A stretch of 64,000 nucleotides of DNA. Source: an uncultured Candidatus Actinomarina sp. GTDB lineage: Bacteria > Actinomycetota > Acidimicrobiia > Actinomarinales > Actinomarinaceae. Below, piece by piece: positions 45,655-55,736 of the stretch. Location: contig CABZMN010000001.1 in the NCBI GenBank assembly GCA_902526825.1, positions 7,819 through 71,818 of the forward strand, written 5' to 3'. The translations under genes were made by a program, and so were the position numbers. Each line of letters starts with the position of its first letter. Position 1 is the stretch's first letter. Below the pieces are notes generated by a model. That model did not search any database. It had not been told where the DNA came from and worked only from the letters and a program-made list of their open reading frames with translations.

Positions 45655-46605
45655 ATGTTAAGTAAAGAAGCTGAACAAAGTATAAAAAGGTTTAAGTCAT
45701 TTTCTGTATTTATGTCTTCAATGTATGAAAGCCCTGGAAACATGAGTAAAAGTAAAAGAAGGTTTTTTAGATGGCTTATAAATCTACAAGGAATACTTGG
45801 TCCAAAAGTTGAAGGAACAATCAAAGAAGAGATTTCTTTAGATGGAATAAACACATGGAAAGTTTCCACTCCAAATTCAGATCCTAATAGAATTCTTCTT
45901 TACTACCATGGCGGTGCTTATTCTATGGGCAGTCCTAAATCACACTACTCTTTAGTAAGTTACTTGGCAGATATTACTGGTACAACTATTTATGTACCTG
46001 ATTATCGATTAGGACCAGAAAACAAATACCCAGCTCAATTGGAAGATGGAGTAAGAGCATTCAAAGCATTAATTAATGATTTTAATTTCTCATCTGAACA
46101 AATAACCATTGGAGGAGACTCTGCAGGGGGAAACTTAGCATTGATAACTTTATTGAAACTTAAAGAAGAAGGTACATACTTACCAAACTCTTTAGTCCTA
46201 TTGTCTCCTTGGGCAGATCCAGCTGGAACTGGAGAATCATATAATCTCGAAATGGCTGATCGAGATATACTTCTCGGCCCCATGATAAAGAAAGTTTGGG
46301 AAAACAATGATAATTTATATGATGGTTATTTAAATAATGAAGATGCAGATCAAAACAATCCATTAGTCTTTCCAATTTCAGGCAATTATGAAAACTGTCC
46401 ACCAATTATGATTCAGGTTGGAACAGAGGAGTTATTATTGTCTGACTCCAGAACATTAAAGGAAGCACTCGAAAGAGATAAATGTATTCATGAATACTTC
46501 GAATGGGAAGGAATGTACCATGTATTCCATATTGATGTAAATATGCCAGAAACTATATCTGCATTTAAACAAATCGCCAATTTTTTAGATAAATATTCAT
46601 CATAA
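45655..46605 (+). CDS. Alpha/beta hydrolase fold-3 esterase/lipase (HSL family)
   Basis: YYHGGAY oxyanion motif and the GDSAGGNLA nucleophile motif, with late D and H residues. Confidence 0.85.
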   Translation: MLSKEAEQSIKRFKSFSVFMSSMYESPGNMSKSKRRFFRWLINLQGILGPKVEGTIKEEISLDGINTWKVSTPNSDPNRILLYYHGGAYSMGSPKSHYSLVSYLADITGTTIYVPDYRLGPENKYPAQLEDGVRAFKALINDFNFSSEQITIGGDSAGGNLALITLLKLKEEGTYLPNSLVLLSPWADPAGTGESYNLEMADRDILLGPMIKKVWENNDNLYDGYLNNEDADQNNPLVFPISGNYENCPPIMIQVGTEELLLSDSRTLKEALERDKCIHEYFEWEGMYHVFHIDVNMPETISAFKQIANFLDKYSS

Positions 46606-46637
46606 AATTATGAACAATAAGCAGGATAAGATTTAGC

Positions 46638-46805
46638 TTGAGTTTACTGGATGCATTTATAATTGGTTTTTCAATAGTTTTTGGACTGCTTCTAGCTTTG
46701 TCTTTTTCTGGTGTTGTTAAAAAAATAAAACCTTTTTTTATAGTTTTTACATTTTCCATAGCTTGGTTAAGCTCCTCTTTTCTAATTTATATAATGTTTA
46801 GATAA
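46638..46805 (+). CDS. Possible 55-aa two-TM protein (TTG start)
   Basis: My translation is (M)SLLDAFIIGFSIVFGLLLALSFSGVVKKIKPFFIVFTFSIAWLSSSFLIYIMFR. It competes with the antisense track ORF 46565..46759. Confidence 0.3.
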   Translation: MSLLDAFIIGFSIVFGLLLALSFSGVVKKIKPFFIVFTFSIAWLSSSFLIYIMFR

Positions 46806-46855
46806 TTACTATTTGTTGTTTTCTTATTATTTAATTTATTTACTAGATTGTTTTT

Positions 46856-47293
46856 GTGAGAAATATAAAAAGTTTTGACGATCTTGATTTATTTGTGACT
46901 GAATTCATGTCAAAGTGGGGAGTCACACTGTTAAGATATTCCCTTGGCATAATCTATATCTGGTTTGGTGCTCTAAAACCTTTGGGCTTAAGTCCGGCAC
47001 AAGAGCTAGTTGAAAATACTGTATATTGGTTTGAAAACCCCAAGACATTTGTACCTATTTTAGGAATATGGGAAGTTGTTATCGGCATAACAATGATCAT
47101 CAAGCCATTGATTAGGGTTTCAATAATTTTACTTTTTATTCAAATGCCAGGAACTTTTCTACCATTAGTTCTGTTTCCAGAGGTTTGTTTTACAAGCTTT
47201 CCATTTGGACTCACCCTTGAAGGGCAATATATTGTAAAGAATTTGATTATAATATCTGCAGCTTTAGTAGTTGGCTCAACTGTTAGGAAGTAA
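46856..47293 (+). CDS. Small four-TM membrane protein (DUF417/DoxX-like)
   Basis: GTG start. LLRYSLGIIYIWFGALKPLGLSP resembles the YkgB/DUF417 N-terminus. The gene ends 2 nt before the next gene. Confidence 0.55.
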   Translation: MRNIKSFDDLDLFVTEFMSKWGVTLLRYSLGIIYIWFGALKPLGLSPAQELVENTVYWFENPKTFVPILGIWEVVIGITMIIKPLIRVSIILLFIQMPGTFLPLVLFPEVCFTSFPFGLTLEGQYIVKNLIIISAALVVGSTVRK

Positions 47294-47295
47294 CT

Positions 47296-49569
47296 GTGGA
47301 AAATGATGATACCTCATCTAAAAATAATCTAAACCCACAAGATCAATTAAATTATAAAAACAAGGCCAAAAATTTAGAATTTGTTAAAAACAATTCAAAT
47401 ATAAAAATTCCATATTTTAAAGAGATAATTTTTGATGATTTTGAAAATATTGAAGAGACTTTAGGAAAGTTTTCTAAACAAATAATTATTAGAAGCAATA
47501 GTTCAAAAGAAGATAAAGATGAAACTTCAAATGCAGGTAAATTTTTATCTATTGGACCAATAGATAAAAACGATATATCTCTCATTAAGAAATCATGGAA
47601 TGAAGTTATACAAAGCTATGAAAAAGACGATAACAATACAGTTATTTTCCAAGACTATGTTGATGGAGCAAAAAGTGTATCAGTGCTTACATCGTATAAA
47701 GTAGGTACTGACTCTGCATACAGAACATTCTCAACCTACTATGGGTCTCAAACTGATGCAGTAACATCTGGTAGATACAACAGAATCAAAAATTTTTTTA
47801 TTCATAGATCTTTGGATAATCCTCCTGAAAAATTTAAAGAATATTACAAATTTTTTAAAATACAAAATCAATTAGAGAGTCTATTTGGAAATAAACAACT
47901 AGATATTGAAATAGTTACAGACCAGAAGGAAGAACCTTTATTACTTCAAGTAAGACCTTTAATGGGAAAAGTGATAAAAAAAGAACCCATAATGGTTGAA
48001 AGAAGTGTTATTGAAGAGAATGTAAAAAAGTACAAAGGATTAATTTTAACTACAGATGATCGATTTGGTACTAATCAAATATATAGCAATATGTCCGATA
48101 TGAATCCAGCTGAAATGATTGGTAAGAAACCGGATAATATTGCTTTTAGTCTTTACAGATTTATGTTCACTGATACAACGTGGAATAAACAGCGTGGAGA
48201 ATTTGGATACAGAATTTATTCAGGAGGCAAGTTGATGGAGCTATTTAACAATGTTGCATACATAAATGTAAACCATAGCTTAAATAGTTTTCTAACTCGA
48301 AATATAAAAAATGAAACATGTGAAAAAATCATCAATTATCAGTTAAACAAATTAGAGACTTATCCACATCTTCATGATTCTATAGAGTTTGATATATCAA
48401 GGTCATCCTATACATTTGAAACAGATGAGAAATTTGGAGAAGAATATAAAAACATTATCGATAGAAAAGAGATTATTCAATGGCATCATGATTTAATTGA
48501 AATTGACAGTTTTAATAGCTCTACACTTCATAAAAATAATGAAATAATTTTAGATTCATTTTCAAAGCTTGATGGTAGCTTTCAATATTTAGACAAAGAA
48601 AATATAAAATTTGTTCGAGACAATATGGCTTTGCCATTTACCCATCACTCAAGATTAGGATTTGTTTATTTTGCTCAGTTAAACAACTTTTTGAAAAACG
48701 GAGTTATTACTGAAGAAGAAAAGCAAAACCTACTACTTTCTGTAAATTCAATAAGTACGAAGATGAAACAGGATGCTTACAGGGTAAAGACAGGAGATAT
48801 AAGTCTGAATGACTTTTTGAGTATCTACGGACACGTAAGGGCAGGAAACTATAACCTATCCTCTTCAAATTTAAAAAGCAATATATCCTTTGCTGAGTCA
48901 CTAATCAACACAAGTAATGAGCCAATTCTAAGTGAACCATTGAAAATTGATATATTTAAGAAAATTGACGATTATTTTAATTTAAATAAAATTTCTTACA
49001 CATCTGAGAGCTGGGTAGAAATGTTTCAGCTTGCAGTTTCCACTAGAGAAAATTCAAAGTTTTACTATACAAAAGGAATAGATGGCATTTTGAATGAAGT
49101 TGAAGAAAGGGATATCTCCGATCGTGAACTCTTCCAGCTACTTGATTTCGAATACAACGACATGAATACTTTTAATCAAAAGATTGAAGATACTCTTATG
49201 CCTGATGTAGTAACTAGCTCAGATGATTTCTATGCATATGAAGAGATGAATAAAGATGGAAATTATATTGGACAAGGGACGGTTACTGGAGAAATTCTAT
49301 TTTTAGATGGCATTGAAAACAATAGAAATAATTTAGATAATAAGATAATTGTTATTCCAGCAGCTGATCCAGGATGGGATTGGATTTTTAATTACAAAAT
49401 AAAATCATTGATTACTGAATTTGGAGGTCCAAATTCGCATATGGCCATAAGATGTGCTGAGCACAATATCCCCGCAATTCTGGGGATAGGAGAAAAAAAC
49501 TTTTCAGCTATTTTAAATTCAAAGAACTTAGTAGTCGATTTTTCGAATGAGAATTTTACAATCTTGTAA
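47296..49569 (+). CDS. PEP-utilising-enzyme-family phosphotransferase (ATP-grasp PPDK_N domain plus C-terminal phosphohistidine swivel domain; Rph/PpsA-like)
   Basis: IIIRSNSSKEDKDETSNAGKF matches the RSS..EDxxxxSxAG motif of PPDK_N. The C-terminal ADPGWDWIF...EFGGPNSHMAIRCAEHNIPAILGIG is the mobile His domain. There is no PEP/pyruvate TIM-barrel domain. Confidence 0.75.
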   Translation: MENDDTSSKNNLNPQDQLNYKNKAKNLEFVKNNSNIKIPYFKEIIFDDFENIEETLGKFSKQIIIRSNSSKEDKDETSNAGKFLSIGPIDKNDISLIKKSWNEVIQSYEKDDNNTVIFQDYVDGAKSVSVLTSYKVGTDSAYRTFSTYYGSQTDAVTSGRYNRIKNFFIHRSLDNPPEKFKEYYKFFKIQNQLESLFGNKQLDIEIVTDQKEEPLLLQVRPLMGKVIKKEPIMVERSVIEENVKKYKGLILTTDDRFGTNQIYSNMSDMNPAEMIGKKPDNIAFSLYRFMFTDTTWNKQRGEFGYRIYSGGKLMELFNNVAYINVNHSLNSFLTRNIKNETCEKIINYQLNKLETYPHLHDSIEFDISRSSYTFETDEKFGEEYKNIIDRKEIIQWHHDLIEIDSFNSSTLHKNNEIILDSFSKLDGSFQYLDKENIKFVRDNMALPFTHHSRLGFVYFAQLNNFLKNGVITEEEKQNLLLSVNSISTKMKQDAYRVKTGDISLNDFLSIYGHVRAGNYNLSSSNLKSNISFAESLINTSNEPILSEPLKIDIFKKIDDYFNLNKISYTSESWVEMFQLAVSTRENSKFYYTKGIDGILNEVEERDISDRELFQLLDFEYNDMNTFNQKIEDTLMPDVVTSSDDFYAYEEMNKDGNYIGQGTVTGEILFLDGIENNRNNLDNKIIVIPAADPGWDWIFNYKIKSLITEFGGPNSHMAIRCAEHNIPAILGIGEKNFSAILNSKNLVVDFSNENFTIL

Positions 49570-49574
49570 AAACT

Positions 49575-50702
49575 TTAGATGAAATTTTGAAATTCTTTTT
49601 TAAAAAGCTCTGGCTCCAAAAGAAAACAATCATGGCCCTTTGTTGAATTTATAACCTTCACAGTTGTTTTAATACCGTTTTCTTTTAAAAGATTTTCAAA
49701 TTCAACTTGTTCCTCCGGATAAAAACAAACATCTGAATCAACGGAAATAATCAAAACGTTTATGTTCTTTAATTTTTTTATCTCCTTGGTGTCAATATAA
49801 AAATTTTGCCACCCTTTAATTATGGAGTTATATGACTCTGGAGTAAACCTTTGAATAAATTTTTCACCTTGGTGCATCATGTAAGACTCTTGAGATGTAG
49901 ATAAAAATCCCTCAAGAAAGTTTTTATCGTACTTATTTTCGTCTTTTGCTCTACTTGATAATAGTTGAAGTGAAATGTAGGTTTTATGAGCAATCATTCT
50001 CGCTAGTGATAAGTATTCAGCTTGTCTTCCGTTTGAGCTTTTTGCAAGATCTAATATGTAGCCTTGTTCAAGATTATGTAACAATTGGATTGTAGACAGT
50101 CTATACCCACTTGAAATCGATATTAGATTTTTGACGTAGTCCGGATATAAAAGAGAAAATTCAAGAGCCATCAAACCTCCTATTGATGGACCAATTACAG
50201 CCTCTAAAGATACAACACCCAAATCATCCAACAATAGTTTTTGAGAGATTTCTATATCTTTAAATGAAATAAAAGGAAAGTCATTACTATAGATTTCTCC
50301 TGTTTTTATATTTATTGAATTAGGTCCAGTAGACCCATAACAACCACCAAGATAATTAGCACACACTACAAAGTATTTATTTGTATCAATAATTTTATTA
50401 GGCCCTACAAACTCATCCCACCAACCAATTTCCAGTTCATTGTTCCATGGAATATCGAAATTATCTTCTTTTTTGTAATTTCCTGCCAGCATATGACTTC
50501 CAGTCAGTGCATGAAAAATTAATACGGCATTGTCACCTTTTTCGGACAAAGTTCCATAAGTTGTATAAGCAATTTCTACATTCTCAAGCAGCTCACCAGA
50601 TTCAAGTTTAAGTTGTGGAATGTAAAACTTGCTTGTTTTATCTTGTACTTTCAAGTGCTTGTGATAAGTCTTCAATGATATCTTCAATATCTTCGATACC
50701 AA
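49575..50702 (-). CDS. metX: Homoserine O-acetyltransferase
   Basis: FHALTGSHMLAG, the nucleophile motif GPSIGGLMALE, and a late GHDCFL. The true start may be TTG 50654, which reduces the overlap with metY. Confidence 0.88.
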   Translation of the reverse strand: MVSKILKISLKTYHKHLKVQDKTSKFYIPQLKLESGELLENVEIAYTTYGTLSEKGDNAVLIFHALTGSHMLAGNYKKEDNFDIPWNNELEIGWWDEFVGPNKIIDTNKYFVVCANYLGGCYGSTGPNSINIKTGEIYSNDFPFISFKDIEISQKLLLDDLGVVSLEAVIGPSIGGLMALEFSLLYPDYVKNLISISSGYRLSTIQLLHNLEQGYILDLAKSSNGRQAEYLSLARMIAHKTYISLQLLSSRAKDENKYDKNFLEGFLSTSQESYMMHQGEKFIQRFTPESYNSIIKGWQNFYIDTKEIKKLKNINVLIISVDSDVCFYPEEQVEFENLLKENGIKTTVKVINSTKGHDCFLLEPELFKKEFQNFI

Positions 50703-51918
50703 TTGAAAGTCTAACTAATTCTGGTGGAGCCCCAGCAGCAACAAGTTGCTCATCATCTAGTTGAGAGTGAGTAGTCGACGCAGGATGTATAGCCAAAGAT
50801 CGAGTATCTCCAACATTTGCAACATGTCTAAACATCTTTAAGTTGTCTATAAACTTTTGCCCTGCATCCTTCCCACCTTTAATACCAAATACGACCATGG
50901 TTCCTCCAGTGCCTTTTAGGTATTTTTCAGAAAGCTCATATGCAGGATCATCCTTAAGCCCTGGATATCTTATCCACTCAACAAGTTCATGGTTAGATAA
51001 GTATTCAGCTGCTTTAATTGCATTTTCACAATGTCTATCCATTCTTAGACCTAGAGTCTCAAGACCACTCATTACTTCAAATGCAGTTTCTGGAGACATA
51101 TTTGCTCCTAGATTTCTTAAAGGTACAGTTCTTAATCTTAGTGAGTAGGCAACACTGCTTAGGTCCCCTAAATCATGTCCCCATCTCATGCCGCCATAAC
51201 TAGTATCAGGTTTGTCATATAAAGGAAAATTACCATTTCCCCAATCAAAACCACCTTTTTCAATAACTGCACCAGCAATTACACGTCCGTGGCCTGACAT
51301 CCACTTTGTTAGTGAATATACAACAATATCTGCACCAAATTCAAATGATTTTTGAATTGCAGAAGTTGTAAATGTAGCATCAACAATTAGTGGAATTCCT
51401 TTTGAGTGGGCAATCTCAGACAATGCTGTAACATCAGCTACAACTAATCCAGGATTTGTAATTGTTTCACAGTAGATAGCTCGTGTTTTGTCATCTATTG
51501 CATCTTCAACAGCCTTCAGATCAGTGATATCAACTTTTTTAGAATCTATTCCGTACTCTGGCAGTATATTGTCAAACATAGTGTAAGTTCCACCATAAAG
51601 TTGATTCGCAGTAACAAAATTATCACCTTGACTCATTATGTTGATAAGAGAATACATCACAGCAGATGTACCAGACGATAAAGCTACACACATAGCACCT
51701 TCTTCAAGATCAGTTAGTCTTGCTTCCAATGCGCCTACTGTTGGATTGCCTAATCGAGAGTAAATATTACCAAACTCTTTAAGGGCAAATAAACTTGCTG
51801 CGTGTTCAGTATTGTTGAACTGATAAGCAGTTGTTTTATATATAGGTACTGTAATTGATCCTTCTGAATCTGCATCAGAATCATACCCTGCATGTATAAG
51901 TTTTGAATTAAACTTCAT
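50638..51918 (-). CDS. metY: O-acetylhomoserine sulfhydrylase (PLP-dependent)
   Basis: YSRLGNPT, VVYSLTKWMSGHG (PLP Lys) and LVRLSIGIEDIEDIIEDL. Confidence 0.9.
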   Translation of the reverse strand: MKFNSKLIHAGYDSDADSEGSITVPIYKTTAYQFNNTEHAASLFALKEFGNIYSRLGNPTVGALEARLTDLEEGAMCVALSSGTSAVMYSLINIMSQGDNFVTANQLYGGTYTMFDNILPEYGIDSKKVDITDLKAVEDAIDDKTRAIYCETITNPGLVVADVTALSEIAHSKGIPLIVDATFTTSAIQKSFEFGADIVVYSLTKWMSGHGRVIAGAVIEKGGFDWGNGNFPLYDKPDTSYGGMRWGHDLGDLSSVAYSLRLRTVPLRNLGANMSPETAFEVMSGLETLGLRMDRHCENAIKAAEYLSNHELVEWIRYPGLKDDPAYELSEKYLKGTGGTMVVFGIKGGKDAGQKFIDNLKMFRHVANVGDTRSLAIHPASTTHSQLDDEQLVAAGAPPELVRLSIGIEDIEDIIEDLSQALESTR

Positions 51919-52032
51919 AAATTTTCTCCTTTTTTGGAGAAGGATTTTGACTATTTAGTTGCATCTCTGCCACATTTTCAGGCACCTTGGATAGTCATCC
52001 AGGTTGCCGAGGTCTTAACCTTCTCTATATGC
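51919..52032 (-). promoter_or_regulatory. SAM riboswitch of the SAM-I clan (SAM-I/IV- or SAM-IV-like) with an SD-sequestering platform
   Basis: The minus strand reads GCATATAGAGAAGGTTAAGACCTCGGCAACCTGGATGACTATCCAAGGTGCCTGAAAATGTGGCAGAGATGC. It has P1 GCAT/ATGC, conserved AGAG, GGCAACC, GGUGCC and GAGAU, with P3 TGGAT/ATCCA and P4 GCC/GGC. Downstream is TTCTCC-aaaaaa-GGAGAA and then the ATG. Confidence 0.65.
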
Positions 52033-52139
52033 TTTTATCATTATATCAAATATTTTATTTTTCTGAAAATTTTTTGAATTTATAGGTTTTATTTCAATTC
52101 CTAATTATTCCTATATCAGTCAATCTTTATTATTAAATT

Positions 52140-53924
52140 ATGGCAGTTTCTTATAAAGCTCCCGTCAAAGACGTAATTTTTGCTTTTGATGTTTTAGATT
52201 CTTACAACATTCTTAAGAAAATTGAAAGATTTAGTGACTTTAGTCCTGAGATTGCAGTGCCAGCAATAGAAGAATGTGCAAAATTTGCAGAAGAGGTTCT
52301 AGCTCCTATTAATTCTGTAGGCGATACACATGGAGCAACATTTAAAGATGGAAAAGTGATTATGCCTCCTGGGTTTCTTGAAGCATATGATAAGTTTAAA
52401 AAAGCTGGCTGGGCCTCGATGTCCCTTCCTTATGAAATAGGGGGAGGGGGCATGCCTTACACGCTTTCAGGAGGAACTCTTGAGATTCTCTGTGCTGCAA
52501 ACATGTCATTTGTACTGGGGCCGGGATTAAGCATTGGTGCAATCTCAGGAATAAATTTCAATGCAAGTGAAACTCAAAAAGATAAGTATCTTCCAAAGTT
52601 AGTTTCTGGTGACTGGACAGGAACAATGAATTTAAGTGAACCTCAATCGGGATCAGACTTAAATCATATAACAACAAAAGCAGAACCCCAAGAGGATGGG
52701 ACTTATAAAATAACTGGTACAAAAATATGGATCGGCTCAGGTGAGCATGATCTTGCAGAAAACATCATACATTTAGTTTTAGCAAGAACCCCTGGTTCTC
52801 CTGAAGGGTCGAAAGGTATCTCAATGTTTATAGTTCCAAAAATCTTAGTAAATGATGACAATACTCTAGGTAAAAAAAATAATGTTCATTGTATTTCAAT
52901 TGAAGAAAAATTAGGCATCCATGGAAGTCCAACATGTGTGATGGAGTATAAAAATTCTACAGGTTTCTTGATTGGTGAAGAAAATAGTGGACTTAATTAT
53001 ATGTTTACTACAATCAATGAGGCTCGAATAAGGGCTGGTGGTCATGGTTTAGCGTGTACAACTGGTGCTTTGCAAGGTGCTGCTCAATATGCAAGAGACA
53101 GAGTTCAAGGTCGACCAGTTGGAATGTCAAAAGAAGATGCAAAAAATTCAACAATTATTGATCATGCTGATGTAAGAAGAATGCTTATGACAATTAAATC
53201 ATACTCAGATGCAATGAGGTATATGATGTATGACAATCAAATGATGTTAGATTTTTCATATTTTGGAGATGAAGACACCAAAGACTTTGGTGAAGAAAGA
53301 TGTGGAATATTGACTCCTATAAGCAAGGCATGGATATCAGATTTAAGTGTAGAACTTACATCTATGGCTATACAAGTTTATGGAGGAATGGGTTATGTTG
53401 AGGAAACTGGAATTGCGCAATACTTTAGAGATGCAAGAATTGCACCAATATATGCTGGTACAAATGGTATTCAAGCATTAGATCTTATATTCAGAAAAAT
53501 CTCTTTGAATGATGGAAATACTGTCAATGAATTATTCGAGGACATTGAAGAAATAACAAAGCAACTAATGGACAATAATGGCTTCAAGAATCTTGGTGAG
53601 ATTTTAAGCAATCACTTAACTCAACTAAAAGAAATAACTAATTTATTGAATATAAAGCTCATCGAGGGCGACCTAACTCATGCGAGTGGTGTAGCCACAC
53701 CTTATCTTAAGATGTTTGGTCAGGTCCTAGGTGGTTATTACATGGGGAAAGCTGCATTAACTGCACAAAAACAAACAACTGATAAAGATAGTGAATTTTA
53801 TAATGACAAAATTACGTTATCAAAATTTTATATTGAGCAGTTACTTCCATTAGCCTCTGGATATGAACAGTCAATAAAATCTGATATTGATGTTTTATTT
53901 AATATAAACTCTGGAAATTTTTAA
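52140..53924 (+). CDS. Long acyl-CoA dehydrogenase
   Basis: NLSEPQSGSDL, a middle beta-domain, YGGMGYVEETGIAQYFRDARIAPIYAGTNGIQ, and a ~150-aa C-terminal extension. Confidence 0.85.
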   Translation: MAVSYKAPVKDVIFAFDVLDSYNILKKIERFSDFSPEIAVPAIEECAKFAEEVLAPINSVGDTHGATFKDGKVIMPPGFLEAYDKFKKAGWASMSLPYEIGGGGMPYTLSGGTLEILCAANMSFVLGPGLSIGAISGINFNASETQKDKYLPKLVSGDWTGTMNLSEPQSGSDLNHITTKAEPQEDGTYKITGTKIWIGSGEHDLAENIIHLVLARTPGSPEGSKGISMFIVPKILVNDDNTLGKKNNVHCISIEEKLGIHGSPTCVMEYKNSTGFLIGEENSGLNYMFTTINEARIRAGGHGLACTTGALQGAAQYARDRVQGRPVGMSKEDAKNSTIIDHADVRRMLMTIKSYSDAMRYMMYDNQMMLDFSYFGDEDTKDFGEERCGILTPISKAWISDLSVELTSMAIQVYGGMGYVEETGIAQYFRDARIAPIYAGTNGIQALDLIFRKISLNDGNTVNELFEDIEEITKQLMDNNGFKNLGEILSNHLTQLKEITNLLNIKLIEGDLTHASGVATPYLKMFGQVLGGYYMGKAALTAQKQTTDKDSEFYNDKITLSKFYIEQLLPLASGYEQSIKSDIDVLFNINSGNF

Positions 53925-55673
53925 TTATTCGAGAAGCATACCTTCAAAGTTTTTTATCTCTTCAGTTTTATTAATCAAATTTTTAAGCTCTTTTCTTAAT
54001 ACTGGAGCTTTATCTTTAGATAATTTTATCTTGCTGTCTTCTTCAAGCTCAATTCTTATATTTAGAGCTTGATCTTTATTTAAATCTTTATAGTCCTCCC
54101 TCTGATGAGCTCCTCTGCTTTCTTCTCTATTTAGAGCACTTAATAATGTAGCTTCTGAAGAAATAATTGAAGCTTCTAGGTCAAATGCAAGCATTAAATC
54201 TTGATATCCTTCTGAGTCTGGTCGAACATCAAGATCTGTAGAAGCACTTTTTAGACTTTTTATTTCGTCCAGACCTTTTTTTAACTTCTTCTCGCTTTTA
54301 ACAACACCGCCATATTCCCACATGATATTTCTAAGGTCTCTCTGAAGTGGCCTTGCAACTTCAGTTCCATTTCTAATTGAAGAGTTTAAATTATCATGAG
54401 CTCGCTGTATGACTTTTTTTGATCGTATATGAACATCAATTTCCTTTGAATGTTTTGATGCAGCATCTCCAGCTCTTTTGCCAAAAATAAGTATTTCAGC
54501 AAGAGAATTACCTCCTAATCTGTTTGCTCCATGTAATCCTGCAGTAACTTCTCCTGCTGCATATAAGCCATCGATACCTGTCCAGTGTTCTTCTGGTGTT
54601 ACAACTATGCCTCCCATTGAATAATGAGCAGTTGGAGATACCTCCATAGGGCTTTTTGATATATCAATCATTAATGTATCAAGAAACTGTCTGTACATTC
54701 TTGGTAGTTTTTCAATAATAAAATCTTTACTTTTGTGGCTTATGTCTAAGTAAACACCTCCATTTGGAGATCCCCTTCCTTCTACAATCTCTGTATAGTT
54801 TGCCATAGCGACCCTATCTCTTGTTGAAAGTTCCATTCGATCGCTATCGTAATTTTTCATAAATCTCTCACCATCAGTGTTTATTAGTTTTCCACCTTCG
54901 CCTCGAACAGCTTCTGTAACTAAAGTTCCTGCCATTTCTTCAGGAATAACCATACCTGTTGGGTGAAACTGGACCATCTCCATATCGCTTAATTTACATC
55001 CTGCTTTTAGGCCTAAAAAGAATCCATCTCCAGTGTTTTCATTTCTTCTCGATGAACTTTTCCTCCATAGCCGTGTATGACCTCCTGCTGCAATAATTAC
55101 AGAGTCAGCAAGATAAACGGTTCTTTCACCGCTTTGAATATCAAAAGCCATTGCTCCAAAACATACGTTATCATCAACTAAAAGGTCTGATACATATTGA
55201 GAATCATAGATTGGTATATCAAGTGACTTAGCTTTGTTGATTAATGCAAAAAGAATAGACCTTCCTGTGTAGTCACCTGAGTAACAAGTTCTTCTATAGG
55301 TATGAGCCCCAAAAAACCTTTGATCAATTTTCCCATTTTCAAGTTTTGCAAAGTTTGCACCCCATTTATCTATTTCCTCAACAAGAGCTGGTGACTCTTT
55401 TGCCATTATTTCTACAACTTCAGGCTCAGATAAACCATAACCCTCTATATAAGTGTCAGCAAAATGTTGTTCCCAAGAATCCTCAGGATCTACATTACCA
55501 AATGCAGCATTGATTCCTCCAGCAGCCAACACTGTGTGAACATCGGTCCTTTGCCTTTTCCCAAGGACAATTACGTCCATTCCTTGTTGTTTTGCTTCTA
55601 TCGCTGCTCTTAGTCCGGCACCACCGCTACCAATTATTAATACATTACAGATTTGAGTTGTATGCGTATTCAT
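53925..55673 (-). CDS. Succinate dehydrogenase/fumarate reductase-type flavoprotein (SdhA/FrdA family)
   Basis: VLIIGSGGAGLRAAIEA, QFHPTGMV...TEAVRGEGGKLIN, HYSMGGI, GANRLGGNSL and ESRGAHQRED. Confidence 0.8.
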   Translation of the reverse strand: MNTHTTQICNVLIIGSGGAGLRAAIEAKQQGMDVIVLGKRQRTDVHTVLAAGGINAAFGNVDPEDSWEQHFADTYIEGYGLSEPEVVEIMAKESPALVEEIDKWGANFAKLENGKIDQRFFGAHTYRRTCYSGDYTGRSILFALINKAKSLDIPIYDSQYVSDLLVDDNVCFGAMAFDIQSGERTVYLADSVIIAAGGHTRLWRKSSSRRNENTGDGFFLGLKAGCKLSDMEMVQFHPTGMVIPEEMAGTLVTEAVRGEGGKLINTDGERFMKNYDSDRMELSTRDRVAMANYTEIVEGRGSPNGGVYLDISHKSKDFIIEKLPRMYRQFLDTLMIDISKSPMEVSPTAHYSMGGIVVTPEEHWTGIDGLYAAGEVTAGLHGANRLGGNSLAEILIFGKRAGDAASKHSKEIDVHIRSKKVIQRAHDNLNSSIRNGTEVARPLQRDLRNIMWEYGGVVKSEKKLKKGLDEIKSLKSASTDLDVRPDSEGYQDLMLAFDLEASIISSEATLLSALNREESRGAHQREDYKDLNKDQALNIRIELEEDSKIKLSKDKAPVLRKELKNLINKTEEIKNFEGMLLE

Positions 55674-55736
55674 CTACTATCAAATTCTATATTTGACTGG
55701 TAAATATCATTAATTGATTATTGCTAAACTTGTTTT

